Shown one piece after another: positions 7,218-15,673 of a stretch of DNA of 20,888 nucleotides. Source of the DNA: Candidatus Thorarchaeota archaeon (GTDB lineage: Archaea; Asgardarchaeota; Thorarchaeia; Thorarchaeales; Thorarchaeaceae); NCBI GenBank assembly GCA_048882325.1, contig JBHLRS010000030.1, forward strand, positions 16,642 to 37,529, given 5' to 3'. The notes under the pieces were generated by a model. The model searched no databases and had not been told where the DNA came from. It saw only the letters and a list, made by a program, of their open reading frames with translations. Position 1 is the stretch's first letter, and each line of letters begins with the position of its first letter. The translations under genes were made by a program, and so were the position numbers.

Positions 7218-8192
7218 ATGGCAACAACACAAGTTCAAGAGATAATCGAATCCGAACAAGTAGAACCATCCGCGTGGTCATCATTCAGTCTCCTCAAAGT
7301 AGGCGGAATCATGCTAGCGATTGCTGCAGCCTGGCGAGTAGTGGATCAATTTGTACTCGGTCTTGGTGATACATGGTTGAATATCATGCCCTCAAAGCTT
7401 TTCCCATTCCTGCTTATAATCGGCTTTTTCTGGAGATATCGACCCCACGAAATCGACTCGGTACTTGGTTTGACAAGAGAGAACTTTCAAGCACAACTTG
7501 CCGTTGGACTGTTGATTGGGATAGCAATTTCCTTTGGTATTGATTTTGGTGGGACAATTGTATACGGACTTTTTGTAGATTCAACATATCCTTTGCAATT
7601 CCATATTTTGAATCCTGAATTACTAGGATACATGTTGGTCTTCTTTGTGACTAACGCATTTCTCGAAGAAACCCTGTTCCGAGGTCTATTGATTAACGCT
7701 TTCAAAACCAGTCAAAGTTCCACCCGAGCAATACTACTGTCTGCCATTATTTTTGGTGTTTGGCATGCAGGCTGGCCCCTAGTAAATGGGTTTGCTGATA
7801 GTGAAGTAATGAACCAAGTTGTCTCAATGGTTTTTTTCACAACGATTCTAGGGATATTCCTTGGCATTTACTACGAACGGTTCAATTCTAGTCGGTCTCT
7901 TGTTGGTCCTATCTTCATTCACACGATGTTCAATTATGTCAGTGAATGCTTCAAGATTGGTCCTGAGCCAGTAATTCAGGGTCCAGATCTTATTTTTTCA
8001 AACCCTGGACTCATGGCTACTACACTTCTAATGTTCTTCTTGATATTCATTCCACTTGGTATAATTCTATGGAAATTTAAAATCGAACAGGCTTCGGTCA
8101 TATGGTACCGATTGGTTGGCAAAGAAAGCGACGGAGAACAGACACACTCTGATGATGAAATACTGACAAGTAAAAATGATAGTGAGGTTTAG
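7218..8192 (+). CDS. CPBP family intramembrane glutamic/metallo-endopeptidase (Abi/CAAX)
   Basis: EETLFRG, FGVWH and IHTMFN motifs; many TM helices. Start placed at ATG 7218 after GAGG (ORF track starts at 7185). Confidence 0.88.
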   Translation: MATTQVQEIIESEQVEPSAWSSFSLLKVGGIMLAIAAAWRVVDQFVLGLGDTWLNIMPSKLFPFLLIIGFFWRYRPHEIDSVLGLTRENFQAQLAVGLLIGIAISFGIDFGGTIVYGLFVDSTYPLQFHILNPELLGYMLVFFVTNAFLEETLFRGLLINAFKTSQSSTRAILLSAIIFGVWHAGWPLVNGFADSEVMNQVVSMVFFTTILGIFLGIYYERFNSSRSLVGPIFIHTMFNYVSECFKIGPEPVIQGPDLIFSNPGLMATTLLMFFLIFIPLGIILWKFKIEQASVIWYRLVGKESDGEQTHSDDEILTSKNDSEV

Positions 8193-8195
8193 ACA

Positions 8196-8885
8196 ATGCA
8201 AATTGGTACAGATTTAGTCCTGATGTCGAGCATGGCAACGGTAATCGTCGCCCTTTCCCTCGGAGGTTACCTGGGTCGAAAGTGGTTGTCTCAGAAGGCT
8301 CGGCTCATCACAGACCTGCCTTTGGTCTTTGGAATCGCCTTCGTGAGCCAAGCCTTCAATATCACGATAGTCACACTACAACACATTGGAATATTGCCAG
8401 ACGCAATGATATTCTTCCGGATTCGCACAATAGGGATTGGTGGTTCAATCATCCCGATATTTGGTGCTATCCTTCAGATTTGGACACCCTCTATCCAGAA
8501 ATATCATAACCGGTTGGTCTATCTGCTCACCCTCTATTGGTTGGCTATAGACTTCCTTGTGGCAAGTGAAACCCTAATCATGATGCTGCTCATTCCAGTC
8601 TTGGTTATCTTGGGAATCATGATGATGTTCACATTCATCATAACTTGGAGAACTGGTCGTCTGAAAGAGGTTCGTAGCGAACTCATGGTCATATCAGTGC
8701 TATTTGGTATGGCCAGTCAAGTTCTTCGAGTCCCGTTACTTACTACATCTCTGTTCTATGTCCCGGATATATTGCTAGCAATCTCAATGCTTCTAACAGC
8801 ACTTGCGTTTGCCAATCCATGGTATAACAGAGAAATCACGCCACGAGCAGAAGAATCTCCACACATGGTTGCCGTATCTGGTTGA
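8196..8885 (+). CDS. Polytopic membrane protein (~7 TM), unknown function
   Basis: Successive hydrophobic helices; GAGG SD; 3 nt after the CPBP stop, so probably co-transcribed. Confidence 0.75.
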   Translation: MQIGTDLVLMSSMATVIVALSLGGYLGRKWLSQKARLITDLPLVFGIAFVSQAFNITIVTLQHIGILPDAMIFFRIRTIGIGGSIIPIFGAILQIWTPSIQKYHNRLVYLLTLYWLAIDFLVASETLIMMLLIPVLVILGIMMMFTFIITWRTGRLKEVRSELMVISVLFGMASQVLRVPLLTTSLFYVPDILLAISMLLTALAFANPWYNREITPRAEESPHMVAVSG

Positions 8886-8898
8886 TAGTTAAGAGAAC

Positions 8899-8933
8899 TA
8901 CAGCAGGTCCAGAGATCTCTGGTCCTTGCTGTA
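8899..8933. repeat. 35-nt near-perfect intergenic palindrome
   Basis: TACAGCAGGT-CCAGAGATCTCTGG-TCCTTGCTGTA: perfect 14-bp core, one T-T mismatch and one bulge in the arms. Confidence 0.75.
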
Positions 8934-9000
8934 CCACTTTGTCGCAAAATGAGTAGATTAAAATCTAGTATATGCAGATAGAAGAGTGGAGGAGTTATCG

Positions 9001-9492
9001 ATGGCAATTGATGAACCAGACCCAACCCCGAAACCACAGGCTTATCACAGTTCTCCGCTCATGCAGTTTGAATCGAGTGCGTTGTTTGCAATGATACTTC
9101 AAATCGCTGCTGGAGCTATCACAATTCTCATGTTCGGACCTGCGTTGATTATTCTCCTGCCATTATTCTCATTGATGCCAGAAGGTCCTGTAAATCCCGT
9201 TGGATTCTACAGTCTACTACTGCTGATTCCCATCTCGATAGTGCAACTCTATATGGGCTATCGCCTCTTCAAGAAAATCCCGAACACAGTAACAATCTCA
9301 GTCATTTCAGACCTTCTTGCTTTCGCGTTGTATGTCGCGAGTCTTGTTTCCTCAATAATGACTGATACCCTGGCCTCTTCGCCTCAAATCTACATTGGTG
9401 TTATCGGCATCAATCTCTGTGCAGCAATCCTTCTGCTGTTACCATCTTCGCGGGATACTTTTGAAGGACAGAAATGGACTTCCCCGTATTGA
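9001..9492 (+). CDS. Small membrane protein (~4 TM), unknown function
   Basis: GGAGGAG SD before ATG 9001; four hydrophobic segments. Confidence 0.72.
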   Translation: MAIDEPDPTPKPQAYHSSPLMQFESSALFAMILQIAAGAITILMFGPALIILLPLFSLMPEGPVNPVGFYSLLLLIPISIVQLYMGYRLFKKIPNTVTISVISDLLAFALYVASLVSSIMTDTLASSPQIYIGVIGINLCAAILLLLPSSRDTFEGQKWTSPY

Positions 9493-9551
9493 AGCCCCTA
9501 GAGAATGTGTTATTAGTCTCTCAATCTGCACCGGAACTAGGTGTAGGTCCT

Positions 9552-10379
9552 ATGGTCCGCCAGAAGCATTTCGCCAGACAATATTTGAGAGAGGAAACTC
9601 TCGGTACTCCTTTCTGTCCAGGCTGTGGAGCTGGAGAAGTCAGCTCTGCATTTCTGAAAGCAGTTGGAGATCTAGGTCATGAGGACCTGAGCAAGTTAGC
9701 ATTCGTTTCTGGTATTGGATGCAGTGCATGGATTCCTTCTCCTCATTTCCAAGCAGACACGTTACATACAACGCATGGTCGCGCAATTGCTTTTGCAACG
9801 GGCCTCAAATTAGCACAACCTAAGCTGAGGGTGGTTGTGATTAGTGGTGATGGGGACCTTGCTGCTATTGGAGGGAACCATCTCATTCATGCTGCCAGAC
9901 GGAACATGGACATGACCGTGATCTGTGTTAACAACTACATCTATGGGATGACCGGTGGACAAGTAGGACCAACGACTTTCACTGGAGACCGTACAACCAC
10001 ATCGCCATATGGTAATCCAGAACGTCCATTTGATCTAGCCAGACTTGTGGCCGCAGCAGGAGCAAACTATGTCGCACGATGGACAACAGCTCACCCAGTA
10101 CAAGCCGCACGAGCAATCCGGACGGCGCTTGAACGTGAGGGTTTCTCATTCATCGAGATGATATCACAGTGTCCAACAGCATACGGCAGAAGAACAAAAG
10201 CCGGAAGCCCTCCAGAGATGCTGAAGTGGTTCAAAAAGTTCCCTGTTCGAAAGAAAGGTGAACCCATTGACCAGAGGATACCAACAAAAGAAGGAATGGA
10301 CCTCGGGGTTTTTGCTGACCGGCATGAGAAACCTTTCACTGAACTTCTGAGTGACATGTATAGTGGTTTAGGAGAGTAG
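9552..10379 (+). CDS. korB: 2-oxoacid:ferredoxin oxidoreductase beta (TPP-binding) subunit
   Basis: FCPGCG, SGIGCS, HTTHGRA, SGDGD...GGNH...NN..YGMTGGQ, SQCPT. Start placed at ATG 9552 after AGGTG. Confidence 0.93.
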   Translation: MVRQKHFARQYLREETLGTPFCPGCGAGEVSSAFLKAVGDLGHEDLSKLAFVSGIGCSAWIPSPHFQADTLHTTHGRAIAFATGLKLAQPKLRVVVISGDGDLAAIGGNHLIHAARRNMDMTVICVNNYIYGMTGGQVGPTTFTGDRTTTSPYGNPERPFDLARLVAAAGANYVARWTTAHPVQAARAIRTALEREGFSFIEMISQCPTAYGRRTKAGSPPEMLKWFKKFPVRKKGEPIDQRIPTKEGMDLGVFADRHEKPFTELLSDMYSGLGE

Positions 10380-10385
10380 AGGTCA

Positions 10386-10910
10386 ATGAGGACCGAGATC
10401 AGAATCGCTGGTACAGGTGGAATGGGTGTTGTTCTAGCTGGAGTGATTCTGGGACATGCTGCTGTTGTCTATGGGGGTCTTGAGGCTGTACAGAGTCAGA
10501 GCTATGGTTCAGAGGCAAGAGGTACCGCAGCAAAAAGTGAGATTATCATAAGCGATCAACCAATCAAATATCCCAAAGTCCGGGAATCAGACTATTTCAT
10601 TGTGATGTCCCAGAAAGCTCTCGAAAAGTACATTGACGGTGCCAAAAAGGACAGCGTTCTCATCATAGATCCTGACCTTGTAAACACTAAAAGTATCAAA
10701 GGGTTTGAAATTGTTGAGGTCCCAGCTATGAAGACTGCAGACGAATTGGGGCTCAGGCTTGTTTCCAACATGGTCATGCTAGGCGCCCTTGTGAAGAAGT
10801 CAGGTCTGTTCCCGCTAGAGACCCTTGAGAAGGCCGCCGTAGATTTGATTGGTGCGAAGACGCTCGAATTAGATGTCAAAGCAATAAAAGCCGGGGCGGA
10901 ACTCGTCTAG
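10386..10910 (+). CDS. korC: 2-oxoacid:ferredoxin oxidoreductase gamma subunit
   Basis: EIRIAGTGGMGV, QSYGSEARG, NMVMLGAL; directly after the beta subunit. Confidence 0.92.
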   Translation: MRTEIRIAGTGGMGVVLAGVILGHAAVVYGGLEAVQSQSYGSEARGTAAKSEIIISDQPIKYPKVRESDYFIVMSQKALEKYIDGAKKDSVLIIDPDLVNTKSIKGFEIVEVPAMKTADELGLRLVSNMVMLGALVKKSGLFPLETLEKAAVDLIGAKTLELDVKAIKAGAELV

Positions 10911-11185
10911 CCTCCGTGTATCAACGGCAGGACCACTACAACATCATTCTCGTTCATCTTTGTGTCAAGTCCCCCACTGAGACCGATGTCTGCACCGTTG
11001 CACAATATCAATGAATCACGATCAACCACTTCAGGATTTATCCACGCATCCTTGATGATATCTTGGCTCTCAATCACAGTTTTTAACAAATCCGAGAGAC
11101 TCGCATTGTTTTTCACTTCGACTACTAGAGTTCCCTCGGTGAACTGCTTTGCCAATGGACCTCTGATTTGAAGTGTGACTCTCAT
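10907..11185 (-). CDS. MoaD/ThiS/SAMP ubiquitin-like sulfur carrier
   Basis: 92-aa beta-grasp pattern (ILCNGADI..GGLDTKM.ENDVVVVLP) ending in di-glycine IHGG. Confidence 0.9.
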   Translation of the reverse strand: MRVTLQIRGPLAKQFTEGTLVVEVKNNASLSDLLKTVIESQDIIKDAWINPEVVDRDSLILCNGADIGLSGGLDTKMNENDVVVVLPLIHGG

Positions 11186-11284
11186 GATGTGTTGCCACTC
11201 GTTGTGGGTGAGTGAATGCTTGATAAAGTGCGTGCTTTATGCTCAAGTATGAAGCTCTATATGTAATTGATTTGAGGCGTTGTC

Positions 11285-12802
11285 ATGGCTGCGGAAAGCG
11301 AGCAGGAGAAACCTGAGATAGTTAGAAGCAGGTATGCTCGCATATTTGGTATCGCAGAGCCAACTGAGCAAGTTGTTCGTTTTATCCAGATTATTTCCGT
11401 TCTACTTCCTGCTTTCGCAGCAAGTTTTCAAATTAGTACGACCTTCTGGATGATTTACATTGCTAGATCCCTTGGCAATGGTGACGAGATAGCTGGTCTC
11501 ACCTTTGTCGGTATTCTTGTTGTCATCCAGATGGCAATTCAGACTGCACTGGACTATCCCACAGGAGCCATTGGGGATTGGATAGGACAGCGGTATGTCA
11601 TCACCTCAGCACTTCTCTGTTATGCAGTCGCCTTTGCTCTTACCTCACAGATTGTGAAGGACACCCCGGCACCAATTTGGATCTATGTTTCTATCTATGC
11701 CTTGTTCGGTCTTGGGTCCTCGCAGGAGAGTGGTGCTTTCAATGCTTGGTTCGATAACAACTATCGCGTCGCTATGCCACATGATACGGACCGAAAGCAG
11801 TATGGAGTGTTTCAAGGTCGACTTGGTATGGTGTGGCAGATATCGTCAACCCTGGTGCTGCTTCCAGGATCGTGGCTTGCACTGGTCTATGGAGAAACAT
11901 GGGTCTTCAATTTACAGGCTATCTTTGCTGTCATTTTGGCCATCATAGTCTTCAGAACGGTTAGAGACCTCCCTGGAGTCAGAGATGAGAAAGAGGAACG
12001 ACCATCACTTGGAGAGTATGCTTCACTCCTCAAGGATGGTTTTAGATTTCTATGGTCTAGTCGGTTTGTTACGCTCATCATCTTTGGGGAGGTCGTGATG
12101 TGGAGTATTGGACCGGTCTGGTGGAACCTCATCCTATTTCCTCTCTACTACAGTTTCCTAGTCACGTTCGTGGCTGTTTCAGCCTTTCGGACTCTGGTCT
12201 TCGTTCCACAAGCTCTAGCGAATGAAAGGAGTGGTGTACTAGCCAAGAGGTTCGAACCAAAGAAATGGATACCACGATTTAGGTTTCTACAATTTACAGG
12301 AGTCATCTTCTATCTCGTACTATCCGTGATAGTGTATCTGTTCCCTGGTGTCCCGGTAGGAACGAACCCCGAAACACTTGAGTATCATAAAATATTGATT
12401 CCTTTTACGAATCTCCCATTGATTGAGATTCCCAAACAGACAGTGATTCCGGTTCTTCTACTGTTCATCCTATTCGTTGCGCTTAATGTGTTCGGTGCGA
12501 TTGCTGGAATCCTGACTCAGCGTGTGATGCTGGACGTCATCCCGAATCGTATCAGAAACTCGATGTACTCCCTACAACCTACACTTGTCATGCTGGTTTC
12601 GATGCCACTTATAGCATTCTTTGGTTGGTTCATCCCCTTCACAGGAGGTTTCTTTCACACATTTTTGATATGTGCGGCAATATCTCTACTGGCTGTACTG
12701 ATGATTCGCGAGGCCTTCAATAACCCGATACCGAAGGCCGATGAGCTGGTACCTGCTACCGATAAGGAGCAGGAAGAGGTTCAAGAGATGGAAGTAACGT
12801 AG
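11285..12802 (+). CDS. MFS transporter
   Basis: Motif A-like DYPTGAIGDWIGQR, about 12 TM segments, C-terminal-half DVIPNRIRNSMYSL. Confidence 0.88.
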   Translation: MAAESEQEKPEIVRSRYARIFGIAEPTEQVVRFIQIISVLLPAFAASFQISTTFWMIYIARSLGNGDEIAGLTFVGILVVIQMAIQTALDYPTGAIGDWIGQRYVITSALLCYAVAFALTSQIVKDTPAPIWIYVSIYALFGLGSSQESGAFNAWFDNNYRVAMPHDTDRKQYGVFQGRLGMVWQISSTLVLLPGSWLALVYGETWVFNLQAIFAVILAIIVFRTVRDLPGVRDEKEERPSLGEYASLLKDGFRFLWSSRFVTLIIFGEVVMWSIGPVWWNLILFPLYYSFLVTFVAVSAFRTLVFVPQALANERSGVLAKRFEPKKWIPRFRFLQFTGVIFYLVLSVIVYLFPGVPVGTNPETLEYHKILIPFTNLPLIEIPKQTVIPVLLLFILFVALNVFGAIAGILTQRVMLDVIPNRIRNSMYSLQPTLVMLVSMPLIAFFGWFIPFTGGFFHTFLICAAISLLAVLMIREAFNNPIPKADELVPATDKEQEEVQEMEVT

Positions 12803-12807
12803 GACCT

Positions 12808-13773
12808 CTATTTCTTCTTAGTAGTTTCAATAGACTGCTTGAGAACGTCCGCGTTCAGCTCGCCAGCATGGAATACCTTTCCACTCTCTATGTGATTGAA
12901 TGTTATCTCTGCTGGACTGAATAGGAGTGGGTCCACTTTATAGAAGTCGTTCCCAACACTCTTGAACAGGTCATAGAATGGCTGACCATACTGTTCCGAT
13001 GAAGACGATGGGACTTTCCTAATGACTTCGTTCAGGTCTTTGTCATCATCACGGACAAAGTAGAAGGTCCTACCACCATAGAGGATACAGTCGTTAGTGA
13101 CGCCCATTGCCCTGGCGTCCTTCTTAGCCACCGGTGCCACAGGAGCTACACCATATCCTGATCTCACTCTATCAAGGTCAAAACCAATTTCATGCAATTT
13201 GTGCATTCCTACTTCTACAACTCGGGCTGAAACCTGGATCGAACCCACAAGACAGGCTGTTGGGGCAAGAAGACAGTAGAGGTCTGATGTTGCTATATTG
13301 CATTTGTCTGCGATATATTGAGCAACACTATCTGGAGGAGCGTCTCTGGTTTCAAGTAGAATCACACCAACTTTGGCGTCATCCGCATAGTCGAGATGCT
13401 TGTACAGCTTCTTCTCAACACGCGCAAGAGCTCTTGCTGGACCTGAACCCATTGCAAAGTAACCCTCCTCGTTGATTACCCAACCTGCATACTGGGACCC
13501 CATACATGCAATCTTTGGATGGTCCGAACTCACAACAACGGCAGGTAGATCCATGTCTCCAATGTGCATCTTGGTATGCCTAACGACGCCATGCCCTCCG
13601 AGACATATCTCACTCACCAATCTTCCGAGCTCATTAGTACCAGCAACCTCGATGCCAGTATCGATGACTGTTGTACCATTCTTCAGTTCACTGACAGTAC
13701 AATCCAACTCCTCTTTGTTATCCATGATTTCCTTCGCAATCTCGTATGCTCCTTCATTTACACTAATTTTCAT
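12808..13773 (-). CDS. mch: Methenyltetrahydromethanopterin cyclohydrolase
   Basis: ISVNE, CMGSQYAGW, MGSGPARALA, APTACLVGSIQVSAR, TNDCILYGG, DFYKVDPLLFSPA. Confidence 0.96.
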   Translation of the reverse strand: MKISVNEGAYEIAKEIMDNKEELDCTVSELKNGTTVIDTGIEVAGTNELGRLVSEICLGGHGVVRHTKMHIGDMDLPAVVVSSDHPKIACMGSQYAGWVINEEGYFAMGSGPARALARVEKKLYKHLDYADDAKVGVILLETRDAPPDSVAQYIADKCNIATSDLYCLLAPTACLVGSIQVSARVVEVGMHKLHEIGFDLDRVRSGYGVAPVAPVAKKDARAMGVTNDCILYGGRTFYFVRDDDKDLNEVIRKVPSSSSEQYGQPFYDLFKSVGNDFYKVDPLLFSPAEITFNHIESGKVFHAGELNADVLKQSIETTKKK

Positions 13774-13783
13774 GTCCTCTTCC

Positions 13784-14638
13784 TCACACTAAGTGCTGAT
13801 TTTTCGACGCCCGAATGAATATCTCCTCGCCTGGTGTTGCCTCAGCGAAGTCTCCCATGTATTTGACCCATTTCTCTGAAGCCTCAATATCCTCGGACAA
13901 GAAATCCGGTCTGCGGTCTTTCAAATATCGCAGATAGTAGTTGATGAATTCTCTCTCAGAACTTCCACTGAATTTGTAGGTTGGGAACAGGGAGTCCATT
14001 TTTCCAAGACAGAAAATCATTCCTTTTGTCGCCTGCACGCCAACACGTTCAGCCATGTCGCCGACAACGATTATAGTGCCACCCATCATGCGAATTGCAG
14101 ATTGGGGTCCTACATTGCCTTTCACTGCAATGAACCCTTTCCTCATATGCGCTGCCATCTCGCGTCCCGCATTGCCTGCCACATAGACGCGCCCTCCCTT
14201 CATACCTTCGGGAGTCCCGCGGTATCCAGAACAGAGATAGTCTCCTGCATCACCTTCAATCTGGATATTGCCTCCTTCCATCTCTGCTGCAGCCCAAGGT
14301 CCTACTGATCCTTTGACATGAATGCGACCCGCTATCATCTCTGCTCCAAGATACATCCCCGCATCCCCCTCAACGGTAATCCTCCCTCCGTTCATACCTT
14401 TTCCAATCATCTTCACATTCTTGAGGTCACCCTTGACCAAAATCTCGGTTTCATCTGGAGTCGGACCACTTTCGCCACTAAGGTCAAAGAAGTCTTTGAG
14501 TTTGAGAACTTCATTGCCTTGTTGAACGGGTATCTCCCCGATCTCCTTCACACTCTTTCCAGCAAAGTGCGTGGGTGTTATTGTATCCGCCTCGAGAGGT
14601 ATAGCGGGAGCCTTTCTAAGTGACAAAATCACGGTCAT
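13784..14638 (-). CDS. fwdC: Formylmethanofuran dehydrogenase subunit C
   Basis: PLEADTITP, beta-helix GxxMxGGxIxVxG repeats, YRG...GMKGG, YMGDFAE. Start placed at ATG 14638 after AGGTGG. Confidence 0.93.
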   Translation of the reverse strand: MTVILSLRKAPAIPLEADTITPTHFAGKSVKEIGEIPVQQGNEVLKLKDFFDLSGESGPTPDETEILVKGDLKNVKMIGKGMNGGRITVEGDAGMYLGAEMIAGRIHVKGSVGPWAAAEMEGGNIQIEGDAGDYLCSGYRGTPEGMKGGRVYVAGNAGREMAAHMRKGFIAVKGNVGPQSAIRMMGGTIIVVGDMAERVGVQATKGMIFCLGKMDSLFPTYKFSGSSEREFINYYLRYLKDRRPDFLSEDIEASEKWVKYMGDFAEATPGEEIFIRASKNQHLV

Positions 14639-14764
14639 GAGCCCAACCACCTTTTGTTTTTCGTGATGACATCCCCCTGATAAAACCTACTGCAGTTCTA
14701 AAGGTAGACGGAAAAAAGAAAAGGTGCCCTTGTTCCAGAAATTTCACTCAGCTGGTGGCGTTAA

Positions 14765-15661
14765 ATGGAGATAAACGGAGTTCCAATCGAAGACACATTC
14801 GCTGAAGCCTTTGGCATGCACATGAATCGAACAATTATCACTGCGTATACTGAGGAGTGGGCACGGATTACTGCCACAGAAACGACCGGTTTCGGGACTT
14901 CAGTAATCATGGCTCCAGCAGAAGCAGGGATTGAATACATCATGTCGCCTGACGAAACGCCAGATGGGCGTCCAGGTGTTAGAGTAATTTTCGCTGTAGG
15001 ATCAAAGAAGAAACTCGAACCACAACTACTTGCAAGACTTGGCCAGTGTGTCCTAACAAGTCCAACTGCATCTGCGTTTGATGACACTCCTAAACCAAAG
15101 GACCTGTATGAGATAGGCAAGAAAGTGGCTATGTTCGGAGATGGCTTTCAGACAAAGAAGGGTCCAATTGATGGAAGAATTCTATGGTTGATCCCAAGAA
15201 TGAGTGGGACCTGTGTCATTCAGAATATGTTTGGACGAGTGAAGGGAGTCGCAGGTGGAAACATAATCTATTGCTGTGAGGATGTAGAAAGCGGAATGAA
15301 CAGCGGAATGGCTGCGGTCAAAGCCATTGAGAAGGTAGAAGGCGCATATACTCCGTTCCCAGGTGGTCTCGTGGGTTCAGGCTCTAAACCCTCTTCAAAA
15401 TACAAAGTCCTGTTTGCATCTACTAACGAGAAGTTCTGCCCTACTCTCCGTGCCATTGTCCCGAATACAATGATTCCAAAGGGTAGTGAGTTTGTGCAAG
15501 AGATCGTCATCAATGGCCTGACTGAATCCTCGGTTGCAGAAGCCATGAAAGTGGCCATAGAAGAGGTCTGTAAACATCCTGGTATCACAAAAATGACCGC
15601 AGGCAACTATGGGGGGAAACTCGGAGAGTATCAGATCAAACTACATGATCTGTTCAAATAG
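14765..15661 (+). CDS. ftr: Formylmethanofuran--tetrahydromethanopterin N-formyltransferase
   Basis: MEINGVPIEDTFAEAF, TPDGRPG, GQCVLTSPT, PFPGG.VGSGSK, EIVING, AGNYGGKLG. Confidence 0.97.
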   Translation: MEINGVPIEDTFAEAFGMHMNRTIITAYTEEWARITATETTGFGTSVIMAPAEAGIEYIMSPDETPDGRPGVRVIFAVGSKKKLEPQLLARLGQCVLTSPTASAFDDTPKPKDLYEIGKKVAMFGDGFQTKKGPIDGRILWLIPRMSGTCVIQNMFGRVKGVAGGNIIYCCEDVESGMNSGMAAVKAIEKVEGAYTPFPGGLVGSGSKPSSKYKVLFASTNEKFCPTLRAIVPNTMIPKGSEFVQEIVINGLTESSVAEAMKVAIEEVCKHPGITKMTAGNYGGKLGEYQIKLHDLFK

Positions 15662-15673
15662 TCCTCTTTCACA

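Noticed and set aside
10377-10388. In-frame TAG between korB and korC (and between the CPBP gene and 8196) suggesting pyrrolysine/amber read-through fusions
   Set aside because: Each downstream gene has its own SD and ATG, in-frame spacing has a 1-in-3 chance, and TAG is a routine stop here (rpl2, ftsZ, MFS, ftr, korC, pyrB).
14663-14680. Box C (GTGATGA) and box D (CTGA) motifs suggesting a C/D sRNA or K-loop
   Set aside because: Only a 7-nt spacer, no second C'/D pair, and it overlaps the probable core promoter.
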